Positions 1 to 10,186 of a stretch of 21,978 nt of DNA are shown piece by piece; position 1 is the stretch's first letter, and each line of letters opens with the position of its first letter. Both the position numbers and the translations under genes were made by a program. The stretch is from Saprolegnia diclina VS20 (Eukaryota). The stretch lies in contig NW_008246097.1 of the NCBI RefSeq assembly GCF_000281045.1, forward strand, positions 607,911 to 629,888, in the 5' to 3' direction. Below the pieces are notes generated by a model. It was given only the letters and a program-made list of their open reading frames with translations. It ran no database searches and was not told where the DNA came from.

Positions 1-1898
1 GCTTCATCGATGAGATCCGCGCGCGTGCGCCGATTGCCTTTGACGACGCCTTTGATCGGATCCTCCGCGACGTCGAGACGAGCTACATGAAGGGCAAGCA
101 CATGAATACGACAACGACCAGTACGCGTGCTCTGCCGACCAGTAAGAAGAATGGCGCGGCCAGAGCCGACGCCAGCTCCGACCCCGCAGACAAGGTCGAT
201 CATATCCTCCCAATGTTCGGAAGCTCACATCTGCCATAGGAAAAGGACGACAGCGAAGGTGTGACGTCGTCGGCCGACGAGCTCGATCGCTTGAAGCACG
301 ACATGGCGCGTCTCGGATCCTCCAAGTCGACCAAGACCATGCGCACGGGCCCGCGCCCGTCCAAGTTCAAGAAGAACGCGGACAAACCCGCCGATGGTAC
401 GCTTGCATGTGTCCTCTGTTGTTGTAGCCTGAATATGTTTGCGTAGACAAGAACAAGGGCACGAAGAAGCCTGCGCTTTCGTACACGATCAAAGACAAGA
501 TCTCGGCCAAGGACATGGCCAAGCTCGATCAATCCAAGCCGGTCACTGCCGACGACGAACAGGCGATGCTCGATACCAAGCGACGCGAAAACATTGGGGT
601 ACGCAGTGCGAATATTGCGAGTTGGCACTCAATATGCATGGTCCAGGCCGACACCATGTCGGACGACGAGAACGAGAGCGAGTCGGAGCAGTCGGGCACG
701 GACGGCAGCTCGGGCTGGAGCTTTGGCCAGACGCGCCTCGGCGACTTTCTGCAAAAGGTGTCGGGCAACAAGGTACTCGTCGTTGGTACCGTTCCCAGAT
801 CTCACACGACGGCTATGTAGATGCTGACGCGCGACGATCTGGCGCCGGTCATGGACCAATTCCGCCAAACGGTACTGCTCCTCACTCGTAGTTTGTCGGT
901 CCTCATGGCGCACACTAGCTCATTGCCAAGAACGTGGCGACCGAAGTGGCCGAAGAGCTCTGTGAGTCGGTCATGACGACGATGATCGGGAAGCGCCTCG
1001 AGAGCTTTACACGGTACAAAGGATGCTCCTGACAACAAGTGATGCGAATTCCCTCGTGTAGGATTCAAACTGTGGTGCAAAAGGCGCTCGAAACAGCCTT
1101 GCTGCGCATCTTGACGCCAAAAAAGTCGACCGACGTCTTGCGCGAAGTGCTCGCAGCGCGCGAGGCCGGCCGCTGCTACTCGATCGTGTTTGTCGGCGTC
1201 AACGGCGTCGGCAAGTCGACGAGTCTCTCGAAAGTGTGCTACTACCTCAAGTCGCGCGGCGTCAAGGTGATGATTGCGGCCTGCGATACGTTCCGGTCGG
1301 GCGCTGTCGAGCAGCTCAACCAGCACTGCAAGGTGCTCGACGTGCCGCTCTTTGAGCGCGGGTACGCCAAGGACCCGGCGGCCGTTGCGCGCGATGCGGT
1401 GGCCTACGGCAACGACAATGGCTTTGACTGCGTCCTCATCGACACGGCGGGGCGTATGCAGAACAACGAGCCGCTCATGCGCGCACTCGCCAAGCTCGTC
1501 TCGGTCAACAACCCGGACCTCGTGCTCTTTGTCGGCGAGGCGCTTGTCGGCAACGATGGCATTGACCAGCTCTCGCTCTTTGATCGCGTACGTCACTCCC
1601 TTCGTTTCGCAGCCATGTTGGAGCGGTGCGTCATGATGTAGGCGCTCGTCGACTACTCGGACCGCCAGGACCCGCGCCGCGTCGACGGCATCGTCATCAC
1701 CAAGTTTGACACGATCGACGACAAGGGTATGCACGCAAGAAGCATCCTCCTTGTGAAGCTCACATCTTCCTAGTCGGCGCGGCTGTCTCGATGGTGTACA
1801 AGACGGGGCAGCCCATCATGTTTGTCGGGACGGGCCAAAAGTACACCAACCTCACCAAGCTCAACATCAAGACCGTCATGCGCAGTCTCCTCAGCTAA
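1..1898 (+). CDS. SRPRA: Signal recognition particle receptor subunit alpha (5' end lies outside the window)
   Basis: Exons approx. <1-194, 240-396, 447-598, 647-772, 821-871, 919-1013, 1062-1587, 1642-1726, 1774-1898, all joined by GT-AG introns of 45-54 bp. SRP-GTPase motifs GVNGVGKST (P-loop), [43 protein letters not shown] and FVGTGQKY; ends at TAA 1896-1898. Confidence 0.95.
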
Positions 1899-2315
1899 GC
1901 CGCGCCGCATGAGTGCATCGTTTCCATATATACATGTGTCATGCATGGCATGCTGCTCTTCCTCGGTCTTGTGCACGATCACTGTCTGAAGCCACATGCC
2001 TCGTCCAGGCCTGCGAGTCTCGGAGCCCAAGACAGTGCAGCGTGGCAGTGTAGTTAGTAGATAGCTCACTGAGCCGAATGACTGGCGATATTATCGTCAG
2101 TCGCCTAAGCTTAGTCGGTCGGCAGTTGGGTCGTGTACGTCGCCTCTCCCAGTTGAGATTTTTGAATTTGGTCATCCGGATATGGGTGGTCGACGGATAT
2201 CCGGATTCCGTTTGCGGAGTTCGATCCCGAGGCAAAGCTATTGCTCGTTCGGCGCCGAAGACCACCAGCCCGCCCCCGTCCATCCGCCGGCGTATTGTCA
2301 TCCTCGCCTGCCAGC

Positions 2316-2801
2316 ATGAGAAACATCGAGGCCCTCATGGCCTTCTTACCGGAAGAAGTGCTGCTCGCCCTCTTCCAGGGGCGCCCACCTGCCGGTCCGC
2401 CCCGTGTCGTCGACTTGACGCACGAGATCCCGTCGCCCGCGCGCGCTCGACCCGCGGCGAGAGAGGCGCCTCCCGCCAAGAAGCGCAAGCGGTCGAATGG
2501 CAAGGCGCCGGCCGCCTCACCGTCGCCTCTCGTGCGCAGCGACGGAAAGGCCGTGCGCTTCGACCCCGTCCACATGGCGTCGGCCGACTGCACCCAAGTA
2601 TGCATGGACAACGCGGTCGCGATGGAGCAGTACAAGCAGAACGCATTCTGCTCCATTTGCCTCGACGAGTTTACCGAGCTCGCGTCGACGTCGTGCGGCC
2701 ACCTCTTTTGCGCTCCGTGCGTCAGCAACGCGGTCGCGGTCAACGGCAAGTGCCCGCTCTGCCAGGCGACGCCGGTTCAAATCCACCTGCTGCACATGTA
2801 G
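2316..2801 (+). CDS. C3HC4 RING-finger E3 ubiquitin ligase, RNF4/Slx8-like (161 aa, single exon)
   Basis: ATG 2316. C-terminal RING CSIC-x11-CGHLFCAPC-x10-CPLC followed by a short hydrophobic tail IHLLHM*. SIM-like VVDLT and NLS-like PPAKKRKR lie upstream. Confidence 0.85.
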   Translation: MRNIEALMAFLPEEVLLALFQGRPPAGPPRVVDLTHEIPSPARARPAAREAPPAKKRKRSNGKAPAASPSPLVRSDGKAVRFDPVHMASADCTQVCMDNAVAMEQYKQNAFCSICLDEFTELASTSCGHLFCAPCVSNAVAVNGKCPLCQATPVQIHLLHM

Positions 2802-2863
2802 TCGTCCAAGCAGTAGCTGTATTTATCCAGTCCCACACACCCAAGAAGACCACGTATACAATC

Positions 2864-5800
2864 TTACGCGCTCGTGGGCGGAAACAACGAGCTGTAAAAC
2901 TCGCCGGGCAGCAACGGCGCCACGTGGTCCCGGACCACGCCGGCAATGAGCTTGGTGCGCTTGTCTTGTGGCCTACAACACATATGAGCACCCTGCTATG
3001 TGCAAGCTTGCAGACCGGATCGGTGACTGGGTCGAGAGACCGAGCGAGTGCTGGTGACGCTGCTGCAGGCGGTGGACGTGCACAGCGTTGAGGGCGGTTT
3101 GGCGCACGAGCGGTCCAAGCCATTCGCCGCTAATGACCATGCCATCCTAGTCACGTCCCTGCGTAAAGCTGCCACGAGCGCGCTGCCATCTACCTGCAGC
3201 GGGCCGAGGACACGTCCGGCAAACGTATCTTCGTCCAAGGCGCCTAGAACGCGTGCTGACGCGGAGGGCATCGACGCGCGTACGATACCTGCGTCGCTCT
3301 CAAAGACGGAGCCGGCGACCGAGATGCGCACGCAAAAGAGGCCTTCGTCGAGCGGGTCGATGATGATGTAGACGCTCGCGCGCGGGTGCGGGAGGCCGTA
3401 CGCCGAGGCCCAGAGCGCCGAGCCCGGCGTGTACTTTTGCTGGCACTCGTTCCAGACGATGAGCACCTCGGCGTTGGCGAGGAGCGGACGGTGCGCGGCC
3501 AGCGTCGGCGTATAGAACGCGACTTCGTAGTTGTACTGCGCGTACACGAGCGCTTGGCCGGTCTCGCGCGGGCTGTGCCCGAGGAACCCGCCGTACGTGC
3601 CCACGTCGACGGTCCAGCCCATCGTCGCCACAAACGCAGCGTACGACGGCGACGGCGTCGACGTTTGGTCGAGCGTCGAGATCGAATCAAAGCCACCGAC
3701 AGAAGGGCCGTTGACTGTGTACGCAATGCCGATCTACATGGCGAATGAAAAACCAAGTAGGACGAAGGAATATCCAACCTCGTACGTCTCGCGGGTCGGG
3801 AGGCGGTCCAGTGCGCGGAGGTCGGCGAGGAGACCCGCGCTGTTGGTCAGCGGGAAGAACGAGCCCCACGAGCCGATCGAGATAAACCCGAGCTGCGACA
3901 GAAGCCGGCGGGCGTCGTTGGCGGCCGTTGTCGGTCGGGGCGCCTCGAGCGGCTCGGGCCCGCTCGCCTCGCCCGCGTGCTGGGCGAGGATCATCTCTTC
4001 GGCTTCGCGCTGCGCTTGCAGCAGCTGCACAAACGTCTCGACGTCCCGCTTGGCCAAGTTGCCTTCGGACGCGTCCAAGGTCGCACTGCTGGAGCTGCTC
4101 CAGTTGGTGAGCTGCGGTGCATTTTGCCGAAGCGTTTGCAGCAGCGGGTCCGTCGGCATAGTCTCGCCGTCCATATCCATCTCGGCGTCGTGCTGGTACG
4201 TGTAGAACGACGACGTGCGCGTGGGGCGCGCGACGGGCGGCGACGGCGCCGGGGCGCCCAGCGGCGTGTACCGGTACTGGGCCTTGACCCGCCACGCGTA
4301 GTGGCCGCTCGCGTCCCGAAGTGAGACTGCGAGGCCACCGTCGTCGCCCTCGAGGAGGCCCACGAGCGTCCCGTGGTTCCACACAAAGTACCGGCTCTGC
4401 GTATGCTCGTCGTCGTCGAGCACCTAGTATCAATATGTCAATGTGCCAACGCAGTGCCATTGAGAAGACACGGGGCAACGTACACTGTGACGCGCGTCCG
4501 TGGCCGTGTTGGCGTGGTGTTTGACGAGGTACTCGAGGACCTCGTGCGCGCTCTGGCGCGTCGCGTCGTCCGCGTGCGGCACGAGCGGAACAAACTCTTT
4601 TCGGTAGTCGGCGCAGTCGACGACGGTCGCAATGATCTTGACCATGATCTGCGTCTTGCTCAGCAGCTGCGGCGTCGTCACAATCCACTCGAGGAGACAG
4701 CCCATCGCGGACGCAATGAGCTGGTCGACGTACACCGGCGGCGACCGCATCGTGCGCAGCGCCTGGGCGTTGGACGCCATAAACTCGCACACGCAGCTGA
4801 TCAAGTAGACGCAGGACGAGAAGACGTGCTTGTAAAGGTGCTCGCTCACGATTGTGAGGTACCGGAGACACTCGAGCGCCGTAAAGACGCACGCGGGCTT
4901 CCACCGACTAGATGGCGGTCGTCTCCTCCGACGACAGACGAAAAGAGATGGTACTACCTCGGGATCTTGGTCAGGAACGAGCAAATGCTCGTGATCGTCA
5001 TGGGCACTTGCGAGTTGCGCGTCGAGGCCAGACCCATGGACCAGAACAGCGCCTCCTTCTGCACCGCAATTGTCAGCAGCCACATGGCCATCTACAAGAC
5101 CCACAACGTTCGGTCCTTGCGGATCCCAAAACCGACGAGACACCTGCTGGTTGGTCGAGTCGACCTCCGACTTGAGGCAGCCGATGAGAAGCGTGACGAC
5201 GTTCGAGCTCTGGTACCGCGGGAGGCTCGAGTAGACAAGGGGTAGGCCGCCGTCCACGTGGCCCGTCAAGCTCTTCTCCACTTGCTTTGTGATGGAAATC
5301 TACATCATTGAGACTGAGATCGAGACAACACAAAACGATGCAAACAGGCAAGTGCGAGTGGATCGTGAGCAACGAGCTGCAGGCTTCGATGCAAGCGCGC
5401 CGGAGAAGCGTGATGGGCACACCGCCAATGGCCGAGACGCCGCCTGCTTCGTCGCCGACCGAGAGGCGCTTGCGCGGCGACGACGCCCCACTGGCGCTCT
5501 CCTTCCGGACGCTCGGGCTCTTTGTCGCACTGAGTCTACGCGCCCCATATAGAAACAGGTCAAATAATATGCCATGTTTGTACTTGAAGATGCGGTCGAT
5601 CGCGTGGTGAAAGCTGCCGGCGAGGACGCCGACGCCACGCAGCGTGTGTGTGCCATGCGTGCCAAAGATGCGCGAGCAACTCGCGACGGCCGACGCCACG
5701 AGCACCTGTCCGATCTCAGTTTTCTCTTATTTGAAGAAGGACGTACGTCGTCGTCTTCGAGCAGCGCCTTTTGGATCGCCATGAGCGCGCGGATGGTGAA

Positions 5801-7109
5801 GGGCCACGTGACTTGCTTGGTGCGGCCGCCGCCGTGCTGGCTGAGGAGGTCGCCGAGGCACCGCACGGCCTCGGCGCGACAGAGGGCAAAGCGCGGGAGG
5901 CCCGTTCGGTTCAAGGACGCATCAAAGAGCCACGGGCCGAGGATACGTAGGACCGTGTTGACGTCGGGCAGCTGCGGCTGCTTCTCGTCCGACGTCGCGG
6001 GGGCCACGTACGTAAGGACGTTGGCGAGCCGCCGGATACCGCTCTACAAGCACCATGTCAATAGAGATAGATATGGGAAAGGCGGACGATGGCCACAAGG
6101 TAGACGTCCGGATCGACAAAGAGGCTCGGGTGGCCAATGACGCGCATGATGCGATACCACGCGTACGCGAGGAGCGCGCTCTCGAGCCTACATAGAGGAA
6201 TAAGATATCTCAGATCGGAGTAATGGCAGGACGGACTCGAGCTGGGTCGGCGTGCGGTCGGACCACGGAATCTCAATCACGTGCGACGTGGCGGTCGTCG
6301 TTGCCAATGCATCGGCCGCGAGGCGCGCCATGAGCTGCTCCGTGAGCGCATACGATATGACGTTCCACTGCTCGATGACGGTCTTCCGGTGGAGCCATCG
6401 GCGGCAAAACTTGAGCAGCATGTTCCAGAGGTCGCCTTTGACGCCCGTGAACTGAAGCGAGATGGTGAACTGCTCGAGGGTCACGCGAATGAGCTGCCCG
6501 CAGAGCGCGGACGCCAGACTGTGCTTGTTGCCGTGGAGAACGCAGTCGGTGATGCCCAAGAGGAGGCGCAAAAAGTGGTCCCACGTCGTCGGCGTGAGCG
6601 TTGCGGCCCGTTTCCGGCCCAGCAGCGAATACAAGTCGAGGACCCTACAGCATGCGACGAGTGACATCAAGCACAGACACTGATCGAGCGTACTTCTCGC
6701 ACAGCGAGATGTGCTTGGCGAGGAGCTCGGGCTTGCCGCGCGTCGCGTCGCGGTCTTCAAAGATCAACGACATGTGTCCGAGGAGGTCGCGGATGAACTC
6801 TTGCTCTTGGCCGAGCATGCACTTGGGGCGGCCGTCGCCGTGCAGGCCGAGCCACTTCTCGTAGATGCGCGTCGCGCCAGAGATGACGTCGGCGTCCTCC
6901 ATGCCCAGCGCAAAGCTATGGCCGAGGGCCTCCATGGACCATTTGACGTGCGTCGGCGTCGCGAGCACGTCCGCTTCGTCGCCGGCGCCAAGGAAGCCGA
7001 TGACCATGGAGCAGATGCCCCGCTGGCAGCTCTCGTTGAAGCCCTTGAGCACGTGCGCTTCCGGAGGCGCATGCAGCAGCTCGCACTTGCCGACCCAGGA
7101 GAGGAACAT
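2864..7109 (-). CDS. RALGAPB: Ral GTPase-activating protein subunit beta-like (Rap-GAP/tuberin fold C-terminus), about 1223 aa
   Basis: 13 exons: 7109-6694, 6644-6237, 6187-6088, 6043-5747, 5705-5584, 5535-5346, 5299-5144, 5091-4958, 4907-4484, 4423-3779, 3733-3194, 3146-3016, 2972-2864. They sum to 3672 nt and stay in frame across GT-AG introns. Segments recall RALGAPB: HVKWSMEALGHSFAL, PDVNTVLRILGPWLFDAS, CLKSEVDSTNQQ, LRDASGHYAW, FVATMGWTVDV, GPLQDGMVISGEWLGPLVRQTALN, and C-terminal PGEFYSSLF. Confidence 0.88.
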
Positions 7110-7267
7110 GGCGCTGGTTCTATGACGGCGGCTGGCGAAAGACTTGGGGAGTAGGATTCATCAGCGCCGGCTGGGCGCATCATTTTTTACAAATTTTAAA
7201 GCCAACTTAAGCTTTGTATTGAAAAAGATGTCTTTTATTGCCGCGTCGAACGAGTGTAATCGGAAAT

Positions 7268-7279
7268 TGACCAATCACA
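7268..7279. promoter_or_regulatory. CCAAT box upstream of the RalGAP beta start
   Basis: TGACCAATCACA about 160 bp upstream of ATG 7109. CCAAT is a known oomycete promoter element. Confidence 0.45.
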
Positions 7280-7626
7280 GCGCTCCGAGCAACTGTGAAA
7301 TTTCGCCGCCGGCCGGCTCCTCGGCGCAGAGGCCGCGCGAGCTGCGAGGCCCATGCGCAGGTCGTATGTACCTGCACGCTCTATGGCCCTCCTGACCATG
7401 AAGGCGATGGCTGCATGCGGCTAGGCCCAAGCGTGCGCGGCGACGGCGAGGCCATCGACGCGATTCGCGTGCGTTGCACCGCGTTGCTGTGGTCGTCGCA
7501 CCCACGGCTGCATAGCGCGATGACCTCTACGACGCCAACGACCTGGATCTCGTGCATAACGCATCGCAAAGGCATGGTAGGATGCCAGCTATCATGGCGA
7601 CAACATGGATGCAAGGATCGTGTTGA

Positions 7627-9093
7627 CTACTCGTGCACGGCAAACGCAAGGATACTCTGGTACGTGCTGAGGACCATGCGCAGCTCGGCGCGCGTCACGT
7701 TCTCTCTCCACATGATCTCGACCATGTGATGCTGGCCGTGAAAGTACGGGCAGAGGCGCTGAAAGAGGTCAAAGACGGGGCTCGATGACGACATGCGGGC
7801 GAGCTGGGCCATGTAGTCCTTCTCCGGCTCGGCCGGCGATGACGCCACATCCGTCGTCGTCGTCTCTTGCGGGATCATGAGGTAGATGTAGCGGTGCAAT
7901 TGCACGATAAAGTCGTGCTGGAGGAGCCAGATGAGCATGTGGATGTACTCGAGCTTCCGGTGCTGCGAGAGCGTGTTCATGTACACCGAGATGCGGTGCT
8001 TGCCCATAAAGGTCGCGAGCACCTCGCCGAGCTCAAAGCTCGTGAACTTGCGCCGGAATTCGAGCGCGAGCGCCGAGTGCGCATGCAGATTCGCGGTCGG
8101 CCGCACTTGGTAAATGTTGTGCATCGTGACAGCGTCCAGGACGCGCGCGACGCCCCAGTACACGAGGTGCGCCGCGAGTCGGAAGAGCTGCTTGAGCGGG
8201 ATGCCGGTCTCGACCATGAGCTCGTGGAAGTCCCGGAGCGGGTTGTGGGCCTCGATGATGAGTCGGAGGTGCGGCGAAGCGTCGGACGGGAGCGCCTCAA
8301 GGATCTTTTCATTCTCGGCCAGCAAGAGCAGCGTGTGGTACGGCCGGATCGACGTGATGTCAAACCGGTTCGAGTCGTAGAGCGTGAGCGAGAGCTGCAC
8401 CCAGCGGTTGAGAACAACGTGGACCGAGCCGTCTTCTTCGAGCCCGTGGTAGACGGCCTTGAGGTCGTTGGCGAGGATGCTCTTCCCGAGCGCGACGTCG
8501 ATGAGCGTCTGCGGGTCCGAGTCGACTTCTTGGTATGACGACTCTTGTGGCGCGCTATTGTTGTCGTCCATGTTGCTGCTCATGTGATGGAGCCGCTCGT
8601 TCTGCGCAATCTCGTCGCGGATATGGAGGAGCTCGCGCACCTCTTTGGTCACAAAGCCGACTCGGTTCTCTTCGTGCAAGAGCGCGTTGGCGAGCTGCGC
8701 GGCCACCTGCGCGTACGCTTCGACCTTGCGCTTGTGGTCGCCGGGCGCCGGGTCCATCTCCATGTGGAACTTGGTTTCGTCCAAGGCGAAAATGACGTTG
8801 AACATGGACGTCTCGCGGTGCGCTTGGCCCGACGCTGGCGCAGACGGGACGTTGATGGCCACGGGGTGGCTCACGAAGCGCAGGTCGTCGATCACGAGCT
8901 CGAACGTTTGGTTGCAGAGCGCATTCTTGGGCCGGAAGAGCTTCGCCACGAGCGCCGAGCTTAGCCGGTGAAACGCCGAGATATGGCTGTCGCTCTGAGG
9001 CGCCGGGTACCGGAACGCGAGGTTGCAGCCCTTGTGGATGTCATCGACGACAAAGGCGACGCCCAAGCACGACCCGAGCGAGGCTGCGCTCAT
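7627..9093 (-). CDS. NPRL3: GATOR1 complex subunit NPRL3 (nitrogen permease regulator 3-like), 488 aa, intronless
   Basis: Longin-type N-terminus (LGVAFVVDDIHKGCNLAFRYP; LFRPKNALCNQTFELVIDDLRFVSHP), ALLHEENRVGFVTKE, IRPYHTLLLL, QLFRLAAHLVYWG, LIWLLQHDFIVQLHRYIYL, RLCPYFHGQHHMVEIMWRENVTR. Confidence 0.95.
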   Translation of the reverse strand: MSAASLGSCLGVAFVVDDIHKGCNLAFRYPAPQSDSHISAFHRLSSALVAKLFRPKNALCNQTFELVIDDLRFVSHPVAINVPSAPASGQAHRETSMFNVIFALDETKFHMEMDPAPGDHKRKVEAYAQVAAQLANALLHEENRVGFVTKEVRELLHIRDEIAQNERLHHMSSNMDDNNSAPQESSYQEVDSDPQTLIDVALGKSILANDLKAVYHGLEEDGSVHVVLNRWVQLSLTLYDSNRFDITSIRPYHTLLLLAENEKILEALPSDASPHLRLIIEAHNPLRDFHELMVETGIPLKQLFRLAAHLVYWGVARVLDAVTMHNIYQVRPTANLHAHSALALEFRRKFTSFELGEVLATFMGKHRISVYMNTLSQHRKLEYIHMLIWLLQHDFIVQLHRYIYLMIPQETTTTDVASSPAEPEKDYMAQLARMSSSSPVFDLFQRLCPYFHGQHHMVEIMWRENVTRAELRMVLSTYQSILAFAVHE

Positions 9094-9548
9094 CGCCTCG
9101 ATCGCAAGACTTGGTTCTATCCGGACTTCTCGTTGGTATCCGGAAAAAGGGCAACTCCTTCAAAACAAGCAAGAGGTGTTTGTCCCAGGCAGCAGATCGT
9201 TTGTCCCACCACCAACGCAAACGTTGCTGGCGAGTCTCGAGCTCACCGCCATGGGACGGGAGGCCGTTGCGTGGACAATGCGTGGGGCACAGCGTACGTT
9301 TGTGAGCCAACGTGGTCGAAACCAGAACAAATCGTCGCCGCCGGAGCCGTGTCGCAGTCGTTGGCAGCCCTTTTTCCTGGTCAGTTGCCTGCAAACCTTG
9401 TCAGCATGAGCGTTATCGCCAAGGATATCAAATGGGTTGCTCGGTGCTCAAATGAAGATTCCATTCCGTTGGAAATGGCACGAACTGCTCATCGATGCGA
9501 AGTTCTCGTCCACGCCCTTACCGTGACCTTGATCAACTACTAATGCAT

Positions 9549-9809
9549 TCAGCGTAGCGAATCAGGAGCCCGCATGGATCTGGAAACGTATTCCGCGACC
9601 CAATCGCTGCGCTTTGGACCATCGCCAGCTGCTACGTCAGAAGCCATACGTTGCAGACACATATGGTGACTGGGGGAGTCGCGCGGCAGTAATGCAGCGG
9701 CGACTGATGGTCTTTCGAATTTGTGGCTGCGAAGGCGTGCCCGCCCAAGCCAGGTCGCGGTGACTTCAACCAGCACGAGCAATGCAACCAAGAAGAACAA
9801 AAAAGACAT
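9549..9809 (-). CDS. Candidate small secreted protein (86 aa if unspliced)
   Basis: AAAATG context, then a hydrophobic signal-like N-terminus MSFLFFLVALLVLVEVTA followed by WLGRARLRSHKFER. No recognisable domain. Confidence 0.3.
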   Translation of the reverse strand: MSFLFFLVALLVLVEVTATWLGRARLRSHKFERPSVAAALLPRDSPSHHMCLQRMASDVAAGDGPKRSDWVAEYVSRSMRAPDSLR

Positions 9810-10159
9810 TTTCTGATGTTTTCTAATGCACCCGCTCGTCCATGTCGCTGGTCCACCGTCGCAGGCCGTCGACCACCGATCTGCAATGGTCGCGTTTTGC
9901 TCGCAACGACGTGGTAGCTTCAAAACAATGTCGTCCGCCCACAAAGCTGCGCCCCATCTTCTCGGCTTTGCTTGGCTGTAGCAGAGCCAGGATCTAGATG
10001 GCAATCGTATATTCTGCACAGGAAGAGAGACGAACACGTCAGCCACCCGATCGCAACCCACGCTGCTTGAAGGTACCCACCCGTCGGTCCAACCTTCCGG
10101 ATACGAGGTATCGAATCCGCATACCTCGCTCGTCCAAGCTCGCAACGTTGTTTCTGAAA

Positions 10160-10174
10160 GCACTCTTCAACTTG
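10160..10174 (+). promoter_or_regulatory. Oomycete Inr/FPR-like core promoter of the sugar transporter
   Basis: GCACTCTTCAACTTG 12 bp before ATG 10187 resembles the oomycete initiator plus flanking promoter region consensus. Confidence 0.45.
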
Positions 10175-10186
10175 CTCGCCCGACGC

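Noticed and set aside
802..1734. 310 aa antisense ORF over SRPRA, and many similar overlapping ORFs (e.g. 2078-3091, 3687-4904, 7867-8538, 10324-11346)
   Set aside because: Shadow ORFs of GC-rich coding DNA, Arg/Ala-rich with no motifs.
9998..10186. 63 aa N-terminal extension of the sugar porter in the ORF track
   Set aside because: It overlaps promoter-like elements (TCCGGATA, Inr/FPR) and lacks transporter character; ATG 10187 is the more likely start.
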